From Macrostomum lignano (taxonomy: Eukaryota): a stretch of DNA of 64,000 nucleotides. A program made the position numbers and the translations under genes. The stretch spans positions 1 through 64,000 of the forward strand of contig NIVC01003225.1 of the NCBI GenBank assembly GCA_002269645.1. Direction: 5' to 3'. Below, one piece after another: positions 11,631 to 22,760 of the stretch. The notes beneath the pieces are model-generated. The model saw nothing but the letters and a program-made list of their open reading frames with translations, did no database searches and was not told the origin of the DNA. The first letter of the stretch is position 1, and the number at the start of each line of letters is the position of its first letter.

Positions 11631-14600
11631 GCTTTTGCACAGCCAAAAGTGCACTCCAAGCCTTTGGTGTCTGCCACACCCATGGGCTCTTAGCTAGGAA
11701 GTAGTCCAGTCGTGAGCTTCTCTCTTTTCTTCATTAACCTCTCTTCTTTTCTTGCTTCCAGCTATGGCCTTTTCTGCCATTTCACATGAAGCTGGGCTGA
11801 CCCCAGCTGCTTGGCATGTTGCCCAAGGCAGCTCCAACTCTGTCCTGCCTAGCCCAACTAGTGGGGACAAGACCAATACCACTGCTGGTGCCGCCGATAG
11901 TAAGTCAAATGCAAGGCACAAGCAAAACTGCCATTGCGGCCATTCTGCTGAAGCCAAACGCAACCACAATGCAGGTAAAATTGAGCAGCGGCGACAAAAA
12001 GCTGCTGTAGACATGGTGGCACAGTTGGCTGGTGGTGCTGCGTCGGAGGATCCCTATGGTGAGGATGGGGCCGCGGTGCAGCCAAAAGACTGCCGCTGGC
12101 TCTGCCTCTTTCAAGGACATCTCAGCCCCCTAGCATGCCACCAATTAGGCTATACTAGCCAAGCCCTTGGGAACCGCCACATCTACCACCACCAAGACCA
12201 ATACCAAGGAGAGCTATGCCTCCAAGGCTCAATGGGTTGCACTCCCACTAGCCACCATCATTCTCAGTGAGGAGTGAAACCTTATGGCCACCAAGCTTGA
12301 CATTGCCTGGCGTACCATTGATGCTGAGCTCATTGACCTCACCATGGAGGGCATCTCAGTGGAGGTGGTCAAATCAGCCAAGACTGGCAGCTACATTTTG
12401 CTCTGGTGCTCATTGGAAGAAAGCAGCCACTGGCTCCGCAAGCTACTTCCCTGCCACAAGTGGAAGAAGGAGCTCCCTAAACTCTTTTTTGCCTTTGAAG
12501 GAGAAAGCAAGAGGACCCAACGCTTTTCTGTATTTGGATCCCAGCCATGAGCGCCATTAAGTCCAGGGAGCAGCTGAGGCTTTTCATGCTCAAGTGCTTC
12601 ACTGACCTTAATGCCAGTGAGCTTTACTGCCATGGCTCTGCCTAGAAAGGTGCAGAGGTCTTTACAGTGATCATGGGGCTCTCTGACAAATGGTCTATGC
12701 GGGTTCCGCATAAGACCACCATCTACATTGGCCTGCATCAGCTGACTTTCCTCTGATGCAAGGAAGGTAAGGCTGAAGCTAAGCTGACTAATCACATCCA
12801 CCTCCTAAAGGAAAGGATGCGGCTATCCAAGACCTGCGGTCAGTGGATTCCACCCTAATAAGGCAGTTTGCACTGCCAAATCCACCCGCGCTATTGCAAA
12901 CCTGCCCGCAGCACTTGCAAGTCATGCCTGGTTTAGTGTGAGCTGGCGCAGGCCTGCAACCTCAGTGAACACCTGGAGTGTCAATGCGCCAAAAAGACCC
13001 TCCTTAAACAAGATTGTATGGGTCCAGAAGTAATGGTATAGCACGTACTGACTAGGCTGAGGAATCTGACCATTAGGCAGAAACTGCCGCCTACCATAAC
13101 CTGCCCATTGGCTCAGTTTAGGACTCCCCCTAAACTCTAATCCCCCTAATCCCCCTAAAGTCCATGCTGCAACATAGGATGAGGAAGGTGAAGCCAAGCA
13201 GTCCAGGCTTTCACCAGCCACAGGCACCACCAACTTCTCCGCGCTGCACGCTGTGGATGATGAGGAGCCTATGGAGGTCAGCAGACACTATTTCAGAAGA
13301 GATGTTAGAGGAGCTGCTATGTGAATCCCCAAGCAACTAGCCATGCCTAGTAATGCTACAGGGGTCGAATGTCTGCAGATAATTCTGCAACACAGCATTG
13401 CATCTTTGGTGAACCTCATGAGGCAGCCGAGCGTAACAAGCCAGGTCTCATCCTAGTCCAAAAACCTTGGACTGTTAAAGGAAGGCCCCAACATGTATCT
13501 GGTAGGTATCAGTGTTTTAGCACATGCCCAAGAGAAGAACACCGCCACCTAGAGCTTGCATCTACATGGTGAAGTCATTCAATGCTTGGCTCAGAGGAGA
13601 CCTTTCAAATGGGGACCTTTGCGTCATTCAAATAGAAAACCTCCTACCAGGAAAGACGGCCCTGATTGCCTCAGTTTATTTACTGGGCAACAAGGCTGTT
13701 GTCTCGGAAGAGCTTATCTTACTAGTAGAATTCTATTCTACCAGAGACTACGAGCTAATGGTTGCTGGCGCTCAACCTCTGTCTTTGATTCAAGGTCATT
13801 CTTCCTTCCCAAGAGGAGGCAAACAACCACTACAATCCACAGGAGGTCCATTGCTACATAGACGGATCCCTAAAAAATGGTCTCTTTAGCTTTGGGGTCT
13901 AAATTCTCATCAATGGCCACATTCTTGCCATGCATGCCCAGCACACTAGAAGACTCTTTACTGTCTTCCAGAACGAGGTCCTTGCTATTAGCTCTTACAC
14001 TGTGAGCTTTGCAGCAAAAACAAAACACCTCTGGTAAAACTATCGTTTTTCACTTTGATAGCCAGGCGGCTCTGCTAGCTCTCTGTCATACCACTATGGC
14101 CTCTTGGACAGTCTCTAAAGTTCTGCATCCGGATGCTCAATACACTGGGACGCAAAAATGCTATCTAGCTCAAATGGATCCAAGGCCATGCAGGTTTCCT
14201 TGGAAATGAGCTGGCCAACTTGCTTGCAAAGCAAGGGAGCGGCAGCTCCCTTTAGGGACCTCTGCCCTTGGCTCTAATCCCTGGGGCCACTATCAATCAT
14301 AGCATTGATGCCTAGGCCTTGCCCTACATAGGGACAAATAGATGAACCTGACCACCTGCCGCCAATAGCATGTGGCAATCCCTCATCTATCCCGAAAGTT
14401 CCGAACTGTCCTGAACCAAAGCAGGAAGGACATCGAGCTCTTGCTATGACCCTCATGGTTCATGGTTGCTTTGCTAGGAACTGCTTTCTTGAGGGCGAAA
14501 TCCAGAATGAGCTGTGCCCATTTTGTGAGTACGACAACTAAGATGCTCAGCATTTTGTTTGTCAATGCCCATTCTTCACCAGGGAGTGGCTTAACCACCT

Positions 14601-14642
14601 CGGTCCAAACCCATCTATCAATGATATTTGCAGACCTGAGAA

Positions 14643-15292
14643 TAGTGTTCTACCATAAGGAGGTACCATGTACCATAGCCATAGCCATAAGCAATACTAT
14701 GGCTTATTCCAATTCTCTGTATTCTATAGCCGTAGGGACCCCAATATTACCATATTCCCATAGTTCCCATAGCCATAGCTGTAGTCTTAACAAAAAGTCT
14801 AGAAAACAAAATATTTTGAATCAAGAAGATAACCTAGTGCTTAAAAAACTGCAAATTAAGTTAGAAAATAAAAGAAACACTCAATTGCCTTTAAGATTAC
14901 ATTTCGTCTTTTTTCAGAGCAACAATACTTAATTGTTACTGAAAGTACTAATGCTGAGCTTTTTCACATTGATAAAAATTAGTTTGCTAGTGTTTTACTG
15001 TACTTTTTAGGTATTTTTAAAAGTTTCTAAGTTGATAATATAGTTTACTAAAAGTATATTTGTTTTTACTCTACCTATTTCTAATATTTTTTTCATTTTT
15101 TTAACATTAATAACTATGGCTATGGCTACAGGAATCTACGGAATGTGACAACAACTACCATATTTCTATAGTTAGTTGTAGCCATAAGAGTAGCTAGCTA
15201 CTGTAGGCATATCCGTAGCTGTCGTAGGCACCTATTTTATCATATTTGCCATAGAATCCCGTAGCCATAGCTATGGCTATGGCGGAACACTA
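14643..15292. mobile_element. hAT-type MITE, copy A
   Basis: TIR TAGTGTTC(C/T)(G/A)CCATA; 8 bp TSD CCTGAGAA at 14635-14642 and 15293-15300. Confidence 0.9.
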
Positions 15293-15440
15293 CCTGAGAA
15301 TATCTCATAGCTCCTCTGGTTCTTTTGGGCAACTAGACGAGCCTCTTTCTTTCCAAACAAAGAGAATGCTGCAGGACATACTGGTGGACTACCCTGACTG
15401 GCCCTGCGCATTTGCCAAAGTGGGTCACTATGGTTTAGCA

Positions 15441-16088
15441 TAGTGTTCCGCCATAGCCATAGCCTATGGGATCCTACAGCAAATATGGTAAAATAGGTGC
15501 CTATGGCAGCTATGGATATGCCTACAGTAGCTAGCTACTCTTATGGCTAGAACTATGGAAATATGGTAGTTGCTGTCACATTCCGTAGATTGCCATAGGC
15601 GTAGCCGTAGTTATTAATGTTAAAAATTGAAAAAATATTAGAAACAGGTAGAGTAAAACAAAGATACTTTTATTAAACTATATTATCAACCTAGAAACTT
15701 ATAAAATATACCTAAAAAATTACAATAAAACACTAGCGAACTCTAATTTTTATTAATGTGAAAAAGTTTAGTATTAGTACTTTCAATAACAATTAAGTAT
15801 TGTTGCTCTGAAAAAAAGATGAAATATGCTTGTATAATCTTACAAAGACAATTTAAGTGTTTCTTTTATTTTCTAATTTAATTTGCAGTTGTTTAAGCAC
15901 TAGGTTATCTTCTTGATTCAAAATATTTTGTTTTTTAGACTTTTTGTTAAAACTATGGCTATGGGAACTATAGGATGGGAATATGATAATTTCGGGGGTC
16001 CGTATGGCTACAGAATACGGAGAATTGGAGTAAGCCATAGTTTTGCTTACGGCTACGGTACATGGACCCTCCTTATGGCGGAACACTA
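15441..16088. mobile_element. hAT-type MITE, copy B (inverted relative to A)
   Basis: Same TIR; TSD GTTTAGCA / GTTTAGCG; body is the reverse complement of copy A. Confidence 0.9.
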
Positions 16089-17250
16089 GTTTAGCGGAAT
16101 AGGTAACTCTCACTTCCCCATTGTGTGTTCGGACTGCCCTGTAGCTAAGTCAAGTCAAGAAAGCATTCGCCATTGGTTCTTTAAAATCAAAAAATCCTCA
16201 AAATGAATTCACCAAAACATTACAATACTTTGTCAAAACATTAGGCCTACTTTACCAAAACATTGTATTATATAGCTATTTAATTCTATAAATAGGCCCT
16301 AGCAAAACTGTTATTTTTATGGTTAACACAAAAAAACAAATACTAGGCCCTATCCTTTCTAAATTAAGTACAAACATATGGCATATGCAATAACAAATAA
16401 TTAAAGGCTGTAAAGTGCAAATTAAAATATAGTAGCCTATTAGGCAATAGCATTTAGCATTAGTATTAACTATGTTAGTATTAGTAATTAAAAAATGTAA
16501 TTTAAATATACTGTCACAATGGTACCTTATACTATTCTAGCAGTTCTTGTCATTGACCCTAGCAGGCTTAGCTGGCCAAGAAACTTCATGTTAATGAATG
16601 AAATTTCTTCACATTATGCCATAACAATAAAAATAGCCACTTTGCTTTTTAACATTAAACATTATATATGTAAAGGGCCCCTCCCGATTTCTTTCTAAAA
16701 ATAGCTATCGGTTATTACATTTTAAATTCACGCCAAATAACTACGACGCATTTTGTTTTACTACTCGTATTTTTGATAATATTTTACGCGAATTAATTTT
16801 TGTTAAAAATCTAATAGAATTTTACTATAAATACAGGCAAATTTGGCGGAGGGAGAAGCAACCTCGCGCATCGCGGTTCGCAATAAGCAATTGATAGCAA
16901 ATAGAAGAGTTCCGAGAAAATAAGAATTGAAGAAGTGTTTTCCGTGTTAATTCTTTTTTTAAGAAAGAGTGAAGTAGACGGAAGTGTGTACCGTATATAC
17001 TACTGAGAAGGAAAGTGTTGAGTAGTAAGAAGTTGCGAAGTAGATCTGAAGTAATACGTGTAAGAATAACCGGAGGCTGTGACCCTCTGATCTCGGTAAC
17101 GCCCAAGGACTTGCAAAGTACATGAAATACATATACCAGTAAGCCAAAATACCGCTCAGGCCATTATTAAGTAGAACGCTACCAGAATAATAGAACGCTA
17201 CCAGAATAATTAGAAGAGTTAAATCTCAGGGCTAACAGTTTTTCTAAGAC

Positions 17251-17330
17251 TAATACTCAGACTAAATACTCAGACTAACTACTCAGACTAAATACTCAGA
17301 CTAAATACTCAGACTAAATACCCAGACCTA
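17251..17330. repeat. 13 bp tandem repeat in the putative LTR
   Basis: (TAAATACTCAGAC)n, about 6 copies. Confidence 0.9.
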
Positions 17331-17396
17331 TTCTAAGAAACATTTCTCGGATTATTCTAAGATTGATAAACTCACAATTTATTAATAGGATAATCC

Positions 17397-17740
17397 TGGT
17401 GGCAGCTACCAACTTAAGAGATTAGTAAATTAGCCCTGTGATAGCTTTTGGTGACAGTGTGAAATTATTATTAAGAAGAAAGAATCACCCCTGTTACAGC
17501 TTTGGTGGCATCTAGTAGGATTCTCAGTGCACAGGAAACACACCTAGTACAACTTTGGTATCAGCGGTGAGATTAAAATTGATAAAGTAGGAGGTGAAAC
17601 ATCTACGACAACTTGGTGGCATAACGGTGAAATTCTTATAGAGAGCCAAAAGGCCTACGACAACTTAGTGACAGCGGTGAAATCATTTGTAGGGACAGAA
17701 GTTACCCCTACGACAACTTGGTGGCAGCGTAAAGGATCAG
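17397..17740 (+). repeat. Array of seven PBS-like repeats separated by unique spacers (about 53 bp period)
   Basis: TGG/TAG starts at 17397, 17449, 17503, 17556, 17614, 17666 and 17719; consensus CTACGACAACT-TGGTG(G/A)CAGCGGTGAAAT. Confidence 0.85.
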
Positions 17741-17805
17741 AGAAACGGCGAAGAACTCCGGCAGTTGAAGATCATCAGTAAGAAATTTTAAGATTAAGAA
17801 GAGAG

Positions 17806-18399
17806 ATGGCTAATGCCAATGATGCAATCGCTAGGCTAGCTGAAGAGCTGTCAAAGAAGCTAGGATTAGGAACGGAGAAGCAATTAGAGATTGAGAAGTA
17901 CACACCTGACAAAAACATCAGGCAGTGGATCAATGCATTCGAGCAACAATGCAGGATGCAAGGACTGAATGGAGAAAAACGAAAAGTAGCTCTTTTCGCC
18001 AATCTGGATATCCCAGAAGAATTGAAGCGGAGGATGAGCCATAGACAAGACCAGCAGCACTATCAAGACATTAGGCGACAAGTTATTGAGCAGTTCGAAA
18101 GGAAGCAGCAGAAGCAGGAGGAGAATGGAGTCCAAGCCCTAGTCGAGTGCTTCATGACCCTAACGGTCATTCTGACAAATGTAAATTTAGGATTAAACCC
18201 AGAACAGCAGCAGCAGCAGTACCAGTACCAGACAGCGCCAAAACCGCGCCCGCCGCACAGATTTAGTGGCGCCAGACCAGAGCCAAGCCCTGGTCATTGC
18301 TTCTTCTGCGGGAAGCCAGGACCAATCAGGCCACAAGCAGGTCACAGATGCAGAGTGAATCTAGGAGAAGCCAGACAGCGAGCTCAGGAGAAAGGGTGA
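17806..18399 (+). CDS. Gag-like protein, internally deleted, with a degenerate CCHC knuckle
   Basis: Located just after the PBS. IRQWINAFEQQC capsid-like segment and CFFCGKPG knuckle lacking the His/Cys half. Confidence 0.7.
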   Translation: MANANDAIARLAEELSKKLGLGTEKQLEIEKYTPDKNIRQWINAFEQQCRMQGLNGEKRKVALFANLDIPEELKRRMSHRQDQQHYQDIRRQVIEQFERKQQKQEENGVQALVECFMTLTVILTNVNLGLNPEQQQQQYQYQTAPKPRPPHRFSGARPEPSPGHCFFCGKPGPIRPQAGHRCRVNLGEARQRAQEKG

Positions 18400-20226
18400 G
18401 ATTAGAGCCTGTAAGCACGAAGCGATTATGCGAAGAAGATTATACATGTATATAGTATCAATAAAAACATAAAAATCTATAAAATCATCTAAAAAGAAAA
18501 TAAAAATGTTAATCATTAGCATTGCATAATGTAGGAAACGCACGCAATTGCTTACTGGAACCCTTAAAAGGGCCGTTTTAGCGATAACATGTCATGTAAA
18601 TCTATAGTTGTAGAATATTAGCAATATATCATGCTCATTATGTACATATATGCGAAATCATTATCCAGTAGAACTGTGTAAAGGAATTAAGAAGAATTGC
18701 CGAAAGAATAATGTGATTAGGAGACCCTAAAAGGGGCCGTTTTAATGAAATTCGTCTTACATTTATTTTACATGTCTTTGCATCACAATGTTTAATCTAG
18801 CACTATATTCTATATCACTGTGTATAAAATGCACCAAAATTGCTTAAAAATAAAGCCCATGAGAGTCAATACCGTAAGGTGACCCCGAAAAGGGCCGTTT
18901 TAACTAACAGAAAAATCCAGAAAATCACCAAAAACAAGCACAAATTATTCAGTTAAGCTGTTCAGAAAGCAAGTTAGGATAGAGCTCGTCCATATTAGAT
19001 GGGTAGAAACATCAGAAAAGAAGAGAAACAATTAAAGAATTAATGTAATAAACTCTGACAACAGGCAGTAGAGAGAAGCGAATACAGGACACTGAGAAGT
19101 TGAAATGAAGAAGAAGACGAGGAATTTGAAAAGAGAAGCACGAGAATTTGAGAGGAATCGAGAATTTAAAAGAAAAGGTGTGCTAGAAGCAAGAGGTAGA
19201 CTAAAGACTTTTTGTTACCATCGAGTGACGTAGTCTAGCCGCACCCTCAAGCGCTAATAGACACCAAGTTGAAGAAGAGAATCAAGAGTAGTCGAGAAGC
19301 GAATTCAAGAGAAGAATTCGAAGAAAAATCGAGAAGAAGTACAGAAGCAAAGTCAAAGAAGTGAACCAGAAGAATTGAGAGTTTGATAAAGTGAGGAGAA
19401 AATTGTGAGAAAAAGCCAAGAAAAATCCGATCAGCTATCTCATGGTGTCCCTCTTTAGATCAGATATCATTGCTGTCTAAATGGATGCGATAGTCTGTGA
19501 AGAACAAAAATAAGAGAGATGAGAAAAGAAAAGAATTTGTCAGAGAAAATCTAAAAATAGAAAGAACGGAAATTTCTTGATCCCGCTTAGGAAGGCACGG
19601 CACAGCCATTTTAAAGTCCTTTCTCAAGGATCCTGAAAAATTGGAAAAGAGAAATATGAGAGATGGAATACTGGAAGGAGTGCTCACTGTTCTTTTGGAG
19701 AAAGCAAGGTAGTCCAATGACAGCCAATTTTAGCCCATTCCTGAGAACATAGCATTTTTCGGAAAGTAAAGGCTTGAAACCAAACTAATCCAATAATTAC
19801 ATAACTAACTATCGAATAGAGAAGGAGAATTTGAGCATGAAGATGAGTCAACAGATAGTGAGAAGACTGAGCCAGCCGAAACAGATGACGCATTAGAATT
19901 AGATAGGAGAGAAAGAAATGAAGATGGAAGGATTGAGCATAGGCCGCATTATAATTTGAGACCAAGAAGTGAGAGAGTTGTCACCTCAGGATTCGCCCCC
20001 CGCAGGCGATACGGCCATTATCTGAAATGATCGAATCAAGTATCAAATTGTAAATAGAATTTGCTTAAAATCAGAAAATTTGCTCTGTAAATAGAAATCT
20101 GTTGTAAATAATAAAAATTGACAAAAATATAAAAAGTTTAAAATTATAAAAACACAAAAACATTGCGCATTACTAGTAGTAGAAATAAGAGAATTGTGTG
20201 AAGGAATCCGAAGTCAATAAATAATC

Positions 20227-20393
20227 CTAGCAACGCTTAGCAACGGTGCGCCGCTCTGAACCAATGAGAGCCCGCGAAGCGAACGCTAGAAAGCCACTAT
20301 GGTTGACGAACACGTGACCCCACTAAACCCCTCGAAAGCGAAAGCGCGAACACAACGATGCGGTCCAGTTTTTCGGCTGGCCGCATATAAATA
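20227..20393 (+). promoter_or_regulatory. Putative Pol II promoter of the orphan ORF
   Basis: Two TAGCAAC half-sites (about 20228-20244), CCAAT at 20261, CACGTG at 20311 and TATAAATA at 20386, about 85 bp upstream of the ATG. Confidence 0.55.
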
Positions 20394-20477
20394 CGAAACC
20401 CCATAGAGCTCACAAAACCTCATATTTCACAGCAATTAGTTCGTTCTTAGGAGACTAGAAATTCTGTTATAGCGAAT

Positions 20478-21521
20478 ATGAGCCACGTTGACGATATTTT
20501 GGAAGAATTGCTGGGCGGAGCCCTGTCAGATAGCGACCTGTCAGAAGACGAAGCACCGAGACAGCCCGCTCCAGCTCCAAGACCGCCGACTCCGCCGCCC
20601 GCTCCAGCTCCAAGACCGCCGACTCCGCCAGCCCCGAGCGCGTCAAGCCCGCGAGAGAGACCGTCAGCATCAGCGGAGATCGAGGCACCATTACGTTGCT
20701 CAACACGACCAAAGCTTCCAGGAGACTCCAGCAAGCGGCCGAGGCCGCCATCGCCAACGTCGAGCCAACGACTGCAGGTGGACGGGCCGACACCACCGAA
20801 GCGGGCAGCCATCCTGCAGGCCGCCGCCGCTGCTCCTGTGCGAGTTTATGCGGCACCTTCGAGTCAAGGATCGGCAGCCAGCAGCGCAGCATTCGAGCGA
20901 CGGACAGTTCAGCTCCAGCCCCCAGCAAGTGCTCCACCATCGGGGCGACGCCAGCATGCCGCAGCCGCCGTCGTTACACCTCGCCAGCAGGCCGCCGCCG
21001 CCGCTGCACCGCGCCAGCAGGCCGCTGCCGTCGTTACACCGCGCCAGCAGGCCGCTGCTACACCTCGCCAGCAGGCCGCCGCCGCCGCTGCACCGCGCCA
21101 GCAGGTCGCCGCCGCCGCGCCCCGTCAGCAGGCCGCCGCTGCCGCTGCACCACGACCGCCACGACCTGAGCTCGCAGGAAGCTACCAGGAGGTGGCACAA
21201 CGCCTCATCGAGACAGGCGAGCCGGTCGAACGAGTTCGTTTCGGCCTGATGCAATATTTGCAGCGCATCGGCCACTTGCGCTTAGATCAAGCGCTGCCGC
21301 AACGTTCGCAGGCTTGGGCCGCCATCAGAGCGCTGCGCGAACTATGCTCATCAACCGAGGCAGTGGCGCTTCTCCAGCACATCGCCGAAGAGCTCCAGCG
21401 CATCATGAGAGCTGATTCTCAGGTAACCCAGCGACGCCTACTAAACATTGAATTGCGGTGGATTTTTGGCCTCCTAGGCTGGCCCTATTTTCGCGAACTC
21501 CCGAACCCTTGCAAATTCTAG
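20478..21521 (+). CDS. Orphan intronless protein (347 aa): acidic N-terminus, Pro/Ala/Gln repeats, helical C-terminal domain
   Basis: Uninterrupted GC-rich ORF in an AT-rich context, with an upstream TATA box. The last ~100 aa are non-repetitive. Confidence 0.65.
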   Translation: MSHVDDILEELLGGALSDSDLSEDEAPRQPAPAPRPPTPPPAPAPRPPTPPAPSASSPRERPSASAEIEAPLRCSTRPKLPGDSSKRPRPPSPTSSQRLQVDGPTPPKRAAILQAAAAAPVRVYAAPSSQGSAASSAAFERRTVQLQPPASAPPSGRRQHAAAAVVTPRQQAAAAAAPRQQAAAVVTPRQQAAATPRQQAAAAAAPRQQVAAAAPRQQAAAAAAPRPPRPELAGSYQEVAQRLIETGEPVERVRFGLMQYLQRIGHLRLDQALPQRSQAWAAIRALRELCSSTEAVALLQHIAEELQRIMRADSQVTQRRLLNIELRWIFGLLGWPYFRELPNPCKF

Positions 21522-22280
21522 GCAGGTTTTCTTATTACCGGTGTGCTTTTCCGATCGTTTCCGTCGTATTTTTCTATGTTGTTTCTAATCTTCCAAATCT
21601 AGTGTACTAGTTTTTCTGTTTTATTCAATGGTAATTGCCACACATGATCTATCACGGCAATTGTCTCAAATGTATAAGCTAAAATGGTCTAGGCTAATCT
21701 GCAAAGCCAGCAACTACAAGACTCAAGGAGTATATATAGGAGCACCAGTCTGACAATAAATGCAGTAAACACTAGTATTCATAAGGAGCCACACTTATAT
21801 ATGCATTGTCTAAAAGCTAGTGTTAGTTGCTCTATTATAAGTTGAAAATACAACCATAATATCATACAACACATGGATAAGTTAGTTATTTTTTAACTGT
21901 TAAGTAGTATTGTAAGAGCAAATTACTTTGCTTATCTTTTTTCTAGCATGGGTATAGGTTTGCTAAATTGGAGATAGAAAGGGTTTATTACTATTTTTAA
22001 ATGTTATTTACTCATAACTTGTCTTAGATTAAAGCAGTCCTTGTCTGTTGCAGCAGCAACAGCAGCAGCAATGGCAGCAATACCCCCTTGGCAGAGCCAG
22101 AGCTGAGGGCCAAGGGGGGCCATGGCCCCCTTGGCCCCCCTCGGTCTATCCTTGGAGAGAAGATACAATGTGTGAAAGTTTGTTTAGAGAGATTAAAGCC
22201 ACCCAATCAGTTTTCTTGCATCTTTTATTTCAGAATAGTCCAAGAGAAATTGTTCATTGGCACATAGAATAGCAACTTTT

Positions 22281-22760
22281 CCAGCATAGAATTCTTGCAT
22301 ATGGCATTTAAAATGGAAAATTGCAACTTTTTTTCGGTGCACAATTCCACATTGAACTAAATGCAATTTTACAATCTTAAACAAAATTTAATGGCGCAAT
22401 TTTTAGCATTACCAATTGTCTAAAAAATGTTTTGCGATAGTCTCATACTTGCATTTTTTGATGACTCGTTACAATAAATATCAAACTAATTATCTTTGTT
22501 TTTTTAAGTAGAGAATTTTAAATTTGAACAGTTTGTAAATAACAAACTATAAATGTTACATTTTTGTAGTAATTCTACATTTAATACAGTAAAGTCAGTA
22601 ATTTAAACTGTGCAAACATTTGCAAAATAATTTGCAATTTTTTCGCATTTTTTGCAGCCTGTACAGGTGCGCAATTTTTTTTTGCATTGTGCAATTTTTC
22701 ACAATTTTATTCCTAAACGCAAAAACGCGTTGCCATTTTTGTGCAAGAATTCCATCCTGG
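22281..22760. mobile_element. MITE (hAT-like)
   Basis: TIR CCAG(C/G)AT(A/G)GAATTCTTGCA; flanking direct repeat CAACTTTT (8 bp, or 10 bp if the element starts at CAG). Confidence 0.8.

Larger units (their letters stand above)
11130..16165 (+). mobile_element. Degenerate non-LTR retrotransposon with APE and RNase H (R1/Loa-like), RT deleted
   Basis: APE start CLQIILQHS..LVNL at about 13370 and LILVQKPW. RNase H motifs VHCYIDGS, VFQNEVLAI, FDSQAALLAL and WIQGHAGFLGNELAN lie at 13850-14230. AAGTC tail repeats at about 16146-16160. The 5' boundary is approximate. Confidence 0.75.
16669..20000 (+). mobile_element. Defective Ty3/Gypsy-like LTR retroelement (5' LTR, PBS array, gag, pol 3' remnant; no 3' LTR found)
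   Basis: Starts TGTAAAGGG with an inverted match CCCCTGTTACA at 17488-17498. PBS-like TGGTGGCAGCG motifs precede a gag-like ORF. An acidic HYNLRPR tail near 19950 is typical of Gypsy pol ends. Confidence 0.65.

Noticed and set aside
14462-16113. Similar ORFs at 14462-14932 and 15853-16113
   Set aside because: Mirror-image translations of the two MITE copies.
17397-17740. True prokaryotic CRISPR array
   Set aside because: Eukaryotic context, no cas genes, and imperfect repeats that match a tRNA PBS. I found no spacer match elsewhere in the window by eye.
20175-20180. AGTAGT as another Polinton terminus
   Set aside because: Not followed by the conserved terminal sequence seen at 43162 and 55769.
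20488-21275. Overlapping alternative-frame ORFs of the orphan gene
   Set aside because: Expected by-products of a GC-rich repetitive CDS.
19980-21700. 3' LTR for the 16669 element
   Set aside because: No second copy of the 16669-17498 sequence seen; the element is truncated or the LTR call is imperfect.
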